From: an uncultured Phycisphaerales bacterium
GTDB lineage: Bacteria; Planctomycetota; Phycisphaerae; Tepidisphaerales; Tepidisphaeraceae
Direction of reading: 5' to 3'
DNA: 64,000 bases
Assembly (NCBI GenBank): GCA_963755915.1
Contig: CAVWLP010000002.1
Span: 4,256,001-4,320,000 of the forward strand
Shown: in pieces, positions 11,488 through 22,234 of the stretch
Layout of the letters: each line of letters opens with the position of its first letter
Position numbering within the stretch: position 1 is the stretch's first letter
Notes under the pieces: model-generated
What the model saw: the letters and a program-made list of their open reading frames with translations, nothing else
Databases searched by the model: none
Told to the model about the DNA's origin: nothing
Position numbers and translations under genes: made by a program

Positions 11488-13460
11488 GTGCGTCAGTGAA
11501 ACCGGTTTTGTCTTGTGAACTGAAAGGAGTTCACCATGGAATGACCCGTTAGCCGTGTAGCCGCCCGGGCGTGACGACGGAGCAATCGGTCGCGCGAAGC
11601 CCCGGAAGGCGAAGGCGCGAGCCGTAGCGTTAAGCGAACCCAAACCAGCCTCGTTACGCCAATGGGAGTGGCCAACCCGTCAGAGAGGGCCAAGCCGGCG
11701 CGGACGATGAAGCAGCGGGTGCGAGCAATCGTCCGGCTCCTCGGGGTCGATGGGGACGGCGCGTGCCGACAGACAAGATCGGGAACTGAGAGACCCCACG
11801 CATCGTTGTGCGGCTCGTTGGAAAGACATAACCAAGGGACGGGAAGCGTGGGGAGTCGGATGGGCTCATAGTAGCTGAGAAGCGGGGTAATGCCCGTGAG
11901 CGGAGGCGAAGCCTGCCGCGAGCCAAGGAGCCCTGACGGTATCGAGCGGAAGTAAGAAGAAGAGAGGCCCGCTTGCAGGGACAACCTGACAGTACGGATG
12001 ATCCGACAGACTTGCCGGAGCACCTGAGGGTGAACTCCAGGGGTCTGCCGGGGAAAGTCTTTCTTCTGAGACAGAAGCTATACCTCAAAGCCAAGCGGGA
12101 ACCGGGGTTTCGGTTTTACACCTTGTACGACCGGATCTGCCGGCGCGATGTTCTGGAAGCGGCGTGGGACCGGGTGTCCGCCAACGGCGGGGCGCCCGGC
12201 TTGGACGGGGTGAGCATCGAGAAGGTGCAAAACTCCGAGCACGGCGTCAGTGGATTCCTGAGCGAGATCGAAGAATCGCTCAAGACCCGCACCTACCGCC
12301 CGCAGCCGGTGAAGCGCGTGTACATTCCCAAAGCCAACGGCAAGCGGCGTCCATTGGGCATCCCCACGATCCGAGATCGCGTGGTGCAGATGGCGGTGCT
12401 GCTGCTCATCGAGCCGATCTTCGAGGCGGATTTCCTGGACTGTTCGTATGGATTCCGTCCCGGTCGCTCGGCTCACGATGCGCTGGAGGCGATCAAGCAA
12501 AACCTCCAGCAGGGCCGAAGGGAAGTGTATGACGCGGATTTGCAGTCGTACTTCGACACGATTCCCCATGAGAAACTGATGGCGTGTGTCCAGAAGCGGA
12601 TCACGGACGGAAGCGTGCTGAAGCTGATCCGGATGTGGCTGAAGGCGGTGATCGTCGAAGAAGGCGAGAAGCCCGGCGATCCACCGAAAGTCACCCGGAG
12701 CAAACAGGGAACGCCGCAGGGCGGAGTGATCTCGCCGCTGCTGGCCAACCTATATCTGCACTGGTTTGATAAATTGTTCCACCGATCCGATGGCCCGCAT
12801 CGCTGGGCGAACGCCCGGCTGATCCGGTACGCCGACGACTTTGTCATCATGGCAAGGTATATAGGCCCTCAGATCAAGCAGTTCGTGGAACGCACGCTGC
12901 AAGGCCGGTTTGATCTGACGATCAACACCGACAAGACCCGCACGGTGAAGTTGAAAGAGCCGGGCGAAAGTCTGAACTTTCTCGGGTACAGGTTCCGGTA
13001 CGACCGGAGCCTGCAAGGCGGGCCGGGGCGTTATCTGAACCTCTGTCCTTCGAGCAAGTCGATGCAGCGTGAGCGGGACAAATTGCGGGAGATGACCGGA
13101 CCCGAAGCAGGCTTTGTGCCCATCCCGGCGTTGATCGTACAGATCAACGAGCACCTGAGAGGATGGGCCAACTACTTCGGCAAAGGCTATCCGCGCAAGG
13201 CGTTCCGTCAGATCAACCGATTTGTGCAGGAGCGACTGGAACGACACCTTAAACGTCGCAGCCAGCGTCCGTTCCGTGTGCGCGGAGCGAGGAGCTGGTA
13301 CGAACAGTTGCAGCGTCTGGGCCTCATCAGCCTGCGACCTGTTCCGACCGTGAATGCTTGAGAAGAACAATACCGTGAGAGCCGGATGCGGGAAACCCGC
13401 TCGTCCGGTTCGAAGAGGGAGAGCTGAGCGGCAATCGGGTCGTTCAGTTCTCTACTCTAC
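11488..13460 (+). mobile_element. Full-length group II intron (endonuclease-less, AGC triad, not class IIC)
   Basis: 5' GTGCG at 11488. Domain V gagccggatgcgggaaacccgctcgtccggttc at 13379-13411. Domain VI hairpin with bulged A at 13454; ends ...ctctAC at 13460. Confidence 0.92.
11973..13361 (+). CDS. ltrA: Group II intron reverse transcriptase/maturase
   Basis: [50 protein letters not shown]-domain LRGWANYF; no HNH domain. Start codon uncertain. Confidence 0.95.
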   Translation: MQGQPDSTDDPTDLPEHLRVNSRGLPGKVFLLRQKLYLKAKREPGFRFYTLYDRICRRDVLEAAWDRVSANGGAPGLDGVSIEKVQNSEHGVSGFLSEIEESLKTRTYRPQPVKRVYIPKANGKRRPLGIPTIRDRVVQMAVLLLIEPIFEADFLDCSYGFRPGRSAHDALEAIKQNLQQGRREVYDADLQSYFDTIPHEKLMACVQKRITDGSVLKLIRMWLKAVIVEEGEKPGDPPKVTRSKQGTPQGGVISPLLANLYLHWFDKLFHRSDGPHRWANARLIRYADDFVIMARYIGPQIKQFVERTLQGRFDLTINTDKTRTVKLKEPGESLNFLGYRFRYDRSLQGGPGRYLNLCPSSKSMQRERDKLREMTGPEAGFVPIPALIVQINEHLRGWANYFGKGYPRKAFRQINRFVQERLERHLKRRSQRPFRVRGARSWYEQLQRLGLISLRPVPTVNA

Positions 13461-13501
13461 CGCGAAACCTCTTTGTCCTTATAATTCTTGAACTGTCGCC
13501 C

Positions 13502-14638
13502 CTAAAACGGCTGGCTGGCCGCCGTCGAAAAACGATATTCCGTGATCTGCCGGTAAACATCTCCCGGGTGCAGCAACGTGCTCGGGAAATTCGCGTGATT
13601 CACCGAATCGGGAAAATGCTGGCACTCCAGAACCAGCGCCCCATATTGGTTGTAAACGGTTCCCTTCTTCCCTTTATACGAGCCGTCCAGAAAGTTCCCG
13701 GAGTAAAACTGAACGCCCGGCTCGGTCGTCCAGACCTGCATCCATCGCCCCGATTCCGGCTCATAAACGTCAACCGCCTTGGCGAAGGAACCATCCTGGT
13801 TTGACAGGGCCAAATTGTGGTCGTAGCCAACCGGATCGCCCCCCATCGCCTTCAGGTCCTTGCCGATGGGCTTGGGCGAGGTGAAGTCGATCGGCGTGCC
13901 TGACACTGGAGCAATTTCTCCGGTCGGAATCAGCGTGGCGTCCACCGGTGTGTAATGATCCCCATAGATTCGCAGGATGTGGCCGAAAATATCCGATTGG
14001 CCGCCGTCTTTGAGATTCCAATAGGTGTGATTGGTCAGATTGACCGGCGTGGTCCGATCTGTCGTCGCAAAGTACTGGATTTTCACGGCATTTGTGTCAG
14101 TGAGGGAATAGATGACCGTGACTTTCAATGTGCCGGGAAACCCTTCAGTCCCGTCCGGATCGACAAGCTGGAACCGAACCGACGGCCCGTCGGCAGTCAT
14201 GGCGGCATCGGCGTTCCAGACCCGTTTGTCGAATCCTCGAAAGCCGCCGTGCAGAGAATTGGCGCCGTTGTTCACGGGCACGCAATAGCGGGCTCCGTCG
14301 ATCTGAAACATCCCTTTCGCGATTCGGTTCCCGACACGCCCGATGATCGCACCGAAATAAGGGCTTTTGTTTTCGTAGTCGGCAATGTTGTCAAAGCCCA
14401 GGACAACGTCTCCCATGTTGCCATTTTTGTCCGGCACGATCAGGCTGGTGACCGTCGCGCCGTACGTCATCAGGCCAAGCGATGCCCCCTTGGAATTGGT
14501 CAGTGTGTACTGTTGAACGCTCTGACCATCCGCCGTGGTTCCAAAATCACTTTTCTTGATCTCGTCGGCATTCAGCAGATTCGGCAAAATCAAAGGCAAG
14601 CAGAAGCAGACCGCTACGAGGTGCTTTTTGATCATCAT
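13502..14638 (-). CDS. galM: Aldose 1-epimerase (mutarotase) with signal peptide
   Basis: GRVGNRIA, LHGG, NLTNHTYWNL, GYDHN, VQFYSGNFL, LECQHFPD; ggag RBS before ATG 14638. Confidence 0.92.
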   Translation of the reverse strand: MMIKKHLVAVCFCLPLILPNLLNADEIKKSDFGTTADGQSVQQYTLTNSKGASLGLMTYGATVTSLIVPDKNGNMGDVVLGFDNIADYENKSPYFGAIIGRVGNRIAKGMFQIDGARYCVPVNNGANSLHGGFRGFDKRVWNADAAMTADGPSVRFQLVDPDGTEGFPGTLKVTVIYSLTDTNAVKIQYFATTDRTTPVNLTNHTYWNLKDGGQSDIFGHILRIYGDHYTPVDATLIPTGEIAPVSGTPIDFTSPKPIGKDLKAMGGDPVGYDHNLALSNQDGSFAKAVDVYEPESGRWMQVWTTEPGVQFYSGNFLDGSYKGKKGTVYNQYGALVLECQHFPDSVNHANFPSTLLHPGDVYRQITEYRFSTAASQPF

Positions 14639-14689
14639 TTGTTTCTCCATGGACAATGAATTTGATTGGGAAGCCGCTGGAATTTGCTG

Positions 14690-17268
14690 CTATTCATTCG
14701 GGATCACGTTGGCCAGGCCGATATCGATGTCCTGCCCCCCCACCGTCTGATGACAGTGGGCGGCAATCGTCACCGTCTCCCCGGGCTTGAGCAGCGCCCT
14801 GGCATCATCGTTGATCTCCATCGGTTTGTAGGCCGGGAAAAACCCCGCTTCGCTCGTGGCCAAAACACCATTCACGTAAATCTCAATGTCTTCATCGTGA
14901 TAGACGACAAACTGCGCCTTGGCAGGGTCGAGATTATCGGGTAGCCGAACCTGGCGGCGGATCCAGATGTCGTCGGTGTCCCAGCGCGTGCCAATGACGG
15001 TGTTTGGCGTTCCCTGCGTGCCGAAACTCGCGGGCCCGGATTTCCAACCCGAAGCGTCAAAATCGGGCTTGGTCCACGCGTCGCCGCTGGGAGCATCGGT
15101 GGTGTATTGCCAGACTGCCGCCTGCACGCGCGCATCGGGGACAACCTCAAATACCTTCGGCGGCTTGGGCAGAGGGGCCCAATTGCCCACGCTCTGTGTG
15201 TCGCGCTTCGACCATTTCTGCCAGGTCGGTCTATCCGAGAGCAGCTTGATGAACACGCCGCCGATCACCGGCCGCGCGTGCATTCCGTTGCTATCGACGC
15301 TGTCGGTGACGTAGCTGTCGACAAACGGCACGCGCGAGGTGGTCTCGTTCAAATAATCGACGATCGGATCGACAATCGCATGAAAATCCGCCGGCTCGGT
15401 CGCTAACGTCGCGCTCCACAGCGACCAATCTGTCTTTGTTAAATGCGTTCGGCTGTCCAGCGGCAGGCCGTAAGGCTGCAACTGCGTTTTGTAATACGCG
15501 ATTTCCCGGGCCGCCACTTCCGGGGGGAAAACATTCAGGCCAAGAATTTTGTCCCAGACCAGGTTGTATTTCTGGCTCCAGGTCCCCGGCTTATCGAACG
15601 CCAGCAGCGAATGATCCCCCGCATCGGCAACTTGCATCCAGTGCCGGGCGTCGACCTTGGCCATGTCCATGTATCTCTGGGCGGTCGCGCTGTCTCCGGA
15701 CATCTGACAAAGATCACCATACGCGGCCAGCGCCAGAATCGCCTTGATCGAAAGATTGGCGTTGTGCGCCAGATGGCCCATGAAGTCATCCGTGCAAAGC
15801 TGATCTTCCGGATCGAGCCCATAGTTTTCGAGATAGTGGGCCCACTGTGTGAGCTGCGGCCACCACGGCCGAAGCCAATCAGCGGATCCTTCCTCCTGGG
15901 CGACAGCATCGCAGAGAATGATCATGTTGCCGCTCTCTTCGACGGGCATTCCTTCGCCCCCGTCATCGCGACCGCCGACAACGGGATAAGTTCCCAGATC
16001 GTGCGGCGCATTGGGAAACTTCCAGTGCGGACTTGCCGCATACATCAGGTCCGGAACCAGCGACGCCTTCGCCAACGTCGGGCTCAGCAGAATCCAGATC
16101 GGATCCATGGGGAAAATGACGTCGACGGTGGCGATGTCGCCGTTGCTGGTATTTTCCTTGGTAAACAGCAGCGGCTGCCCGTGCGAATCGGCGGCGATAC
16201 CGCAGGCGGCCCAGGCCTGCCGATAGGCGAGGGAAACGATGTTGGCATAACTGTCGCCGCCCATGCGCCGGGCATCGGCGACGAGATCGGCATCGAACTG
16301 CGCATTGCGGCGCCAGACTGGAATAATCAGCGGCCGCTTTCTGGAATAGTTCGGCAGGCGTGTCGCCGCCCCGGCGCCAATACGGCTGCAGCGGCCTGCC
16401 GAAATAGAGAATCGATTGAACTTCGTCGTAAGCGACCATCACCTGCCGGGAAACAGGAGCGGCCGCGACACTTCCGAGATCAAACGCAAACGCGCAGATC
16501 GGTTGGTCATCGCTCACCGCTCGCGGCTGCCGCGTGTCATCGGTGGCAGGAAGATTTCCAGATCCCGTGAATGAATCCAGCAGCTCCGTCATTCCACCGA
16601 TCGCGCAAGTGGATTGATCGGACCGCGCCCCGGTGTACGCGTAACCCCAGTCGATCCGTGTGTCATCACCAGGATTGCTCAGGCGCTGCTGAAGCCGGCT
16701 GCCAACTTTCAGTAGCGTCAGGTCCCCCGCCGACTCGCGGCCCCACGTCACCGCTTCCGTCGGCTTATCAACCGCCAGCTCGGAACTCGTGCTGTAAAAG
16801 AGCTGCACTGAATGCGTCTGCCCATCGACCGATCTCACCTGCCAGGTCAGATACGTCAGCGGCCGGCTCATCACATCAAGATTCTGCGGCAGCAGCGGCG
16901 TTATAAAGGTCAGCGTCACATGCACCCCGGCGCCTTCAAAGTCGTAAACCGTCGTCGTCGGCATCACCGACAGAGAAACCTGCGGCAGCGCAGGCGCCGC
17001 GTGCGGATGACGCCCCATGATGCGATAGGGCCGCCCATCCACGCGAATCATGCTCAGCAGCGATTGGACGTGTCCGGTCCAGTGCGTGGTATTGCGATCG
17101 TTCAGGCGATCGGCCGCCGACCAGATGCTCAGATATGGATCCGTCGTCACCAGCGGCACCGCCGGCGGGCGAAACGGCGCCGACTGCGCAAATCCGCGCC
17201 GCGACGCCGGCATTAACGACCACCAAGATTGAGAAGATCCCGCGCCAACCGAACCTGATAAAATTCAT
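14690..17268 (-). CDS. GtaA/'glutaminase'-like protein (DUF5127/DUF4965/DUF1793-type) with extra C-terminal beta-sandwich; frameshifts at ~17187 and ~16300
   Basis: RPPAVPLVTTDPYLSIWS, KENTSNGDIATVDV, APHDLGTYP, MPVEESGNM, QLCTDDF, WSQKYNLVWD, TKTDW, ARPVIGG; signal peptide from 17268. Confidence 0.8.
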
Positions 17269-17296
17269 TTTTCGCTCGCTCTCTCTCCGAGGGAGG

Positions 17297-19489
17297 CTAG
17301 AACCTGATCTGCACGGGGATCGGATCCACCGCGTTGTCAAAATGCAGCCTGAGCACGCCATCTCCAAACGACCAATCCCCCTCGTTCACGTGCGCGCCGC
17401 CGACAACGACTGATTCGGGCCGATCCGCGCACGCCACCTGAACGATGCACCTGGTGTTGTCGATTCCGCTGACGGCAAACGAAAGGTTGTCCCCGTCGCG
17501 CCGCTCTCCGGTGACGCGTCCCGTGGCGGATGCAACGCACGGCCGCGAATCCACCAGCCGATCCAAATCCACAAGAAGCGCTCTGTGGTTTGGCGGAAGG
17601 ACAACGTGATTCAAAACCGGCAGCGCCGGATCAAAGAGTGGAATGAAATGCCCGCTCAACTCGACCGGATCGGTCGCCGAGGGAAGCACGGCGGCAACGA
17701 CATACGGCCCGCGATGAAGCACGAGTGCCGGGGATTCCTGCCAATCGATTCCCGCGGCAGACGCCCCTGCCTTGCACAAATCGCGCACCCGCTGCGCTCC
17801 TCCGTCTTCCCGTGAGAGCGCCGCCGGCGACTGGGCATCATAAAGCACAATTCCATTGCCCACATGCTGCGGACCGTCAGGCGCCGCCGGCAATCCCAGC
17901 CGCCGGAAAAGATCCAGCCGCGGTGTCGCGTCATGAAAGTCGCCCGTGTTCCACCACTCGCGGACTTTGTTAAACGGGTCCCCGTCGTCGTCAACGACAA
18001 TCAGCACCCCGCCCGCTTTCACCCACTGCACAAGCGCATCGTGCAGCTCCGGCCTCGGCGGCTTCTGACCATCATAACTCAGCAGAAGAATCCGATAGTT
18101 AGAAAGAAACCCGGACATCCCCGCGTCTTCCAATTGCACTGCCTCAACCGGAACCCCGCGATCGATCAGCGGCAGCGCCAACCCAAAGAATTGTCCAAGC
18201 TCAGGATCAGACGCATCCGGCCCCGCCCGCTGGAACATGAGCGTATCGGAAACCAATATTCCGACGCCGCTCGTCCCGCGCCGATCCCAATGCACGGCCG
18301 ATGTGGGCTGCTTCATGTGTCCCAGCGCATGAACAACCGCCTGGAATTCCGTCTGATACTCCTCGCTGATTCCGAAATGCTGCGGGTCGCGGCCGGTGTT
18401 CACCGGGTAATACCCCCGAAAAACCCGCTCCGGCCAGGGGACGATTTCAAACTTATATACCTCCGGTTGAAACAGCGAAGCCGTCAGTGTGCTCTCCCAG
18501 TTATATCGGTAATCCGCCCAGGTGTGAGTCGGATTGTCCTCCACCGGATCGTTCAAAAACCACATATCCCGCCCCGAGGCGCGCACCAGGTTCTGCATCT
18601 GCCCATATTCCAGGAACGCCGTCTCAAACGTCCGCTCTTCTTTTCGGCCGTCCAGGAAATTCGGGCTGCGCGACGTTCCCGTCCAGACCTGGGCGATGTA
18701 TCCATCGCATCCCACTTGCAGCAGCGACGATTCCGGACTGACGATTCCCCAGTCGGAGTAATTAATCAGGCTGTGAGTCGCGACGTAGCACTTGACGTTC
18801 CTGCCGATCTGATGCCCGTAATCGCGAACGAATTTGAAAACATCCGCCAGCGCCCGGCGATACAAAAAATATTTCAGCTTTGACGAGCGATACTGCGCCT
18901 CCGGCGAGCTTTCCGGATCCTGCCAGGGCTCGTGATAATATTGCTGCCATTCCAGCTTGAAGTGCGGCTCATATCCTGCCGCCGTCCAGAACTCCGGCTC
19001 TTCGAGGTAGAGCGCACTGGCGCCATCGTCGATCGCCTGCTTCGCCAGCGTTGAGAGATATGCGCCATAAGTCGGCCCCGGCGACATATAATAGACGTTC
19101 AGCCCATGGCCAAGTCGCCTGCCGCTGCGAGTTGTCTGGGCTTCGTCCTCATGGTTCTTGCCGTCGAAGCGGCCGAAGAGGTAATCCTCATAATCGCCCC
19201 ACGCCACGCCGGTCATGAGGTTGATGATGTAGCCATGATCGCGCCAGCTTTTCATGCGTTCTGCAGTGTCGGGCGTAACGCCGTAAACCATCGCCACGTC
19301 GGCATCGAGATTCAGGCGCGGGTGCCAGGCGACGTGTGTCTGAAAGGAAAGAGTCGGTTCGGAGCCGTCCTGAGGCTGGGGCGCGGCGTCATCTGCGCGA
19401 GCGGCGCTCAAGGCAATCGCCATCGCGGCGACAGTCATCGCCAGCAATCGAAGCAGTTTGTCCACCGAATTCCTCCAAGCCAGCGTCAT
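17297..19489 (-). CDS. Secreted uncharacterised protein, probable glycoside hydrolase (TIM-barrel-like + class I GATase-like domain)
   Basis: Intact 730-aa ORF with signal peptide; aromatic/acidic-rich with LYLEEPEFW; L..WVKAGGVLIVV segment; heads a CAZyme operon. Confidence 0.55.
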   Translation of the reverse strand: MTLAWRNSVDKLLRLLAMTVAAMAIALSAARADDAAPQPQDGSEPTLSFQTHVAWHPRLNLDADVAMVYGVTPDTAERMKSWRDHGYIINLMTGVAWGDYEDYLFGRFDGKNHEDEAQTTRSGRRLGHGLNVYYMSPGPTYGAYLSTLAKQAIDDGASALYLEEPEFWTAAGYEPHFKLEWQQYYHEPWQDPESSPEAQYRSSKLKYFLYRRALADVFKFVRDYGHQIGRNVKCYVATHSLINYSDWGIVSPESSLLQVGCDGYIAQVWTGTSRSPNFLDGRKEERTFETAFLEYGQMQNLVRASGRDMWFLNDPVEDNPTHTWADYRYNWESTLTASLFQPEVYKFEIVPWPERVFRGYYPVNTGRDPQHFGISEEYQTEFQAVVHALGHMKQPTSAVHWDRRGTSGVGILVSDTLMFQRAGPDASDPELGQFFGLALPLIDRGVPVEAVQLEDAGMSGFLSNYRILLLSYDGQKPPRPELHDALVQWVKAGGVLIVVDDDGDPFNKVREWWNTGDFHDATPRLDLFRRLGLPAAPDGPQHVGNGIVLYDAQSPAALSREDGGAQRVRDLCKAGASAAGIDWQESPALVLHRGPYVVAAVLPSATDPVELSGHFIPLFDPALPVLNHVVLPPNHRALLVDLDRLVDSRPCVASATGRVTGERRDGDNLSFAVSGIDNTRCIVQVACADRPESVVVGGAHVNEGDWSFGDGVLRLHFDNAVDPIPVQIRF

Positions 19490-19624
19490 AACCGCAGAGG
19501 CCGCCGCCTCTATCCGACTTTGAGTTTACTTTGTCTTTGTTTTAATATCCAGATTTGAATTTGCATATGTCTTATCATTAGACTGGCGATCCGAGGTGGA
19601 GGGCGATTTTCGCCCCCAAAGATC

Positions 19625-22162
19625 ATGAAATACCTCCCTGTGTCCCTTGGAATTCTTCTCTCGATAGCCCTCCCGGCGGCCGTCTTTGGGGCTGACTACG
19701 CCCCCGCCGTCGCCAATCTCCAGCCTTTGCGCTCCAATCCTTTTATACCCCTGCCCCTGGGAGATGTTCGCCCGGACGGTTGGCTGCTCACAGAACTGAA
19801 GCTCCAGCGAGACGGAATCACCGGCCACGCCGAGCAAGTCATCCCCCATCTCGGTCCCGACAGCGGCTGGCTGGGTGGAACCTCCAAAGAGGCCGAAAAC
19901 TGGGAAAAAGGCCCCTACTACGTCAAGGGCCTGGTCGCCCTGGCCTACACGCTCGACGACCCAGGACTCAAGCAAAAAGCCCAAAAATGGATCGATTGGT
20001 CGCTGGGCAGCCAGAATCCGGATGGATCCTTCGGCCCACAGTCCAACAACGACTGGTGGCCGCGCATGGTCATGACCTACGCCCTGCGCCAGTATGGCGA
20101 AGCCACCGGCGATCCGCGCGTCGTTCCCATGCTGCAAAAATATCTGCACTACATGCTCCGCGAACTGCCCAGCCGTCCCCTGCACGACTGGAGCAAAGCC
20201 CGCGCTGGCGATCAGATCGACACCGCATTCTGGGTTTACAACCGCACCGGCGATCCTGCCATGCTCCAGGTCGCCGACCTCCTGCACGCCCAGGCATATC
20301 CCTGGACCGACATCTACACCAACAGTCGATACATGCAATTCGGCGACGATTTCCAGCCCCGCCACGGCGTGAACGTGACCCAGGCCCTCAAAATGCCGCC
20401 CGTCTGGTATCAGCGCTCCGGTGACGACGCTGACCGCGACGCATTTCGAATCGGCCTCGAGCACCTCCTCCACGGCACCACGTTTCCGCTGGACGTTCTG
20501 ACCGGCACGGAAATGCTCTCCGGCCGATCCGCCATTCAAGGCGTCGAAACCTGTGCCGTCGTCGAGCAGATGCTCAGCGACGAAACCGCCTTTGCGATCC
20601 TGGCCGATCCCGCGATCTCCGACGCGCTGGAACGCACCGCCTATAACGCCCTCCCCGGCGCCATGACCAAAGACCTGAAGCTCTACCAGTATTACACCCC
20701 GACGAACAACGTCATTGCCATCCGCGGCGGCCACGGATTCGACCAGGACTATTCCGATGGCATGATGCCGGGCCCCGTCTCCGGATTTCAATGCTGCTGC
20801 TACGACCTGCACATGGGCTGGCCCATGCTCGTGCAGCACGCCTGGATGGCCACCGCGGATGGCGGCTTCGCGCCGATGATCTACGCGCCAACCGTCGTAC
20901 ACGCCAATCTTCCAAAAGCCGGCGAAGTAACGATCCATGAACAAACCGATTATCCATTCGACGGTAACGTCCGCATCTCCATCTCCCCGGCGCACGCCGC
21001 AACTTTTCCCCTGCGCCTTCGCATCCCCGGCTGGTGCCCAAATGCCCAGTTGTCAGTCAACGGCGAATCCCAGCCCCCGCCCATCGCCGGCGGCTTCGTA
21101 ACCATCAACCGCCTCTGGTCCGATGGCGATCACGTCGATCTTTCCCTGCCCATGCCCCTGGCCGCGATTCCCGGCGTAAACAATTCCATCTCGATTTCCC
21201 GCGGCCCCCTGGTCTTTTCCCTGCGGATACCCGAGCACAAGAAGCCTGTGGCGCCCGGCCCCGATGGATTCGTGCAATTGGAAATCACCTCGCCCGACCC
21301 GTGGAATTTTGCCCTCGCGGTCGATCCGCAGAACCTCGCGGCTAGCGTAGACGTTCAGACTTCGCCGCTGCCCCGCGGAAGTCCATTTCAGCCCGGCGCC
21401 AGCCCGGTAAAGCTGGTCGTCCCCGGCCGGTTGGTTCCCTCCTGGCGAACAAATTGGACCGGCCGAGTCGCCGAAGACCCTCCCCTCAGCCCAATTTCTT
21501 CGGATCAGCCCCAGCAAACCGTCACGCTCGTCCCCTTCGGCGCCCAAACCCTTCGCGTCACAGCATTCCCCTGGCTCGGCACGCCATTGGCTGCTGCCTC
21601 AGAATATCACTGCGATTTCCACGACACCGACGCCCCCGGCTGGGTCGACTACGGCGGAAGCTGGGACGTCGAAAACGGCCGCCTCTGCGCACCCGCTGCC
21701 GCCGGAACCAGCGGCGTCAAAGCCGTCGCCACCAGCACCAATTTTTCCGATTTCACCTACGACGCCGACATCACCCCCGCCTCCTCCGGCGACACCGGCC
21801 TCATTTTCCGCGTCTCCCGCCCAAGCCTCGGCGACAACGCCTTCGACGGCTACTACGTTGGCGTTTACCCAGCCGGCTCCCAGATCGTTCTTGGCAGATG
21901 CGCCGCCGCGGATAATTCCTGGACCCCCATCACCCAAGCCCCATTATCCGTTCAACCGGGAATACCCCTGCATCTTCGGGTCGTCGCCACCGGCCCAAAC
22001 ATCCGCGTCTTCGCCGCCGGCGATACGACGCCCATCCTGACAGCCAGTGACACAAGTTACGCCTCCGGCGCCATCGGCGTCCGCCGCTACGCAACTTCTT
22101 CAGCCACACGCGCTGCCTTCGCCAATCTCTCGATCGTAAGCATTTCCCCACCGCACCCCTGA
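19625..22162 (+). CDS. GH127/GH146-like beta-L-arabinofuranosidase with C-terminal DUF1080/CBM66-like domain
   Basis: Signal peptide; WEKGPYY, HGVN, ETCAVVEQM, CCCYDLHMGWP, TDYPF, LRIPGW, RGPLVFSL. Confidence 0.85.
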   Translation: MKYLPVSLGILLSIALPAAVFGADYAPAVANLQPLRSNPFIPLPLGDVRPDGWLLTELKLQRDGITGHAEQVIPHLGPDSGWLGGTSKEAENWEKGPYYVKGLVALAYTLDDPGLKQKAQKWIDWSLGSQNPDGSFGPQSNNDWWPRMVMTYALRQYGEATGDPRVVPMLQKYLHYMLRELPSRPLHDWSKARAGDQIDTAFWVYNRTGDPAMLQVADLLHAQAYPWTDIYTNSRYMQFGDDFQPRHGVNVTQALKMPPVWYQRSGDDADRDAFRIGLEHLLHGTTFPLDVLTGTEMLSGRSAIQGVETCAVVEQMLSDETAFAILADPAISDALERTAYNALPGAMTKDLKLYQYYTPTNNVIAIRGGHGFDQDYSDGMMPGPVSGFQCCCYDLHMGWPMLVQHAWMATADGGFAPMIYAPTVVHANLPKAGEVTIHEQTDYPFDGNVRISISPAHAATFPLRLRIPGWCPNAQLSVNGESQPPPIAGGFVTINRLWSDGDHVDLSLPMPLAAIPGVNNSISISRGPLVFSLRIPEHKKPVAPGPDGFVQLEITSPDPWNFALAVDPQNLAASVDVQTSPLPRGSPFQPGASPVKLVVPGRLVPSWRTNWTGRVAEDPPLSPISSDQPQQTVTLVPFGAQTLRVTAFPWLGTPLAAASEYHCDFHDTDAPGWVDYGGSWDVENGRLCAPAAAGTSGVKAVATSTNFSDFTYDADITPASSGDTGLIFRVSRPSLGDNAFDGYYVGVYPAGSQIVLGRCAAADNSWTPITQAPLSVQPGIPLHLRVVATGPNIRVFAAGDTTPILTASDTSYASGAIGVRRYATSSATRAAFANLSIVSISPPHP

Positions 22163-22165
22163 AAC

Positions 22166-22202
22166 AAAAAAAGCCGCGGACGCTTGGCGAGTCCGCGACT
22201 TT
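22166..22202 (-). terminator. Rho-independent terminator, probably bidirectional
   Basis: cgcggac/gtccgcg stem with a 7-U tail on the minus strand, between convergent genes. Confidence 0.75.
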
Positions 22203-22234
22203 CAAATCCCTTGGAGGGAAGGGATAGACTTTCG

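Noticed and set aside
11973-13361. Reverse transcriptase as part of a DGR, retron or CRISPR-RT acting on the repeated surface-protein tails
   Set aside because: It has group II intron motifs and lies within complete intron boundaries. The repeated tails differ at synonymous sites of all base types, not specifically at adenines.
19526-20995. Long antisense or alternate-frame ORFs (also 24068-25807, 29084-30286, 31204-32841, 51367-52887)
   Set aside because: They shadow well-supported genes in GC-rich DNA and carry no recognisable motifs.
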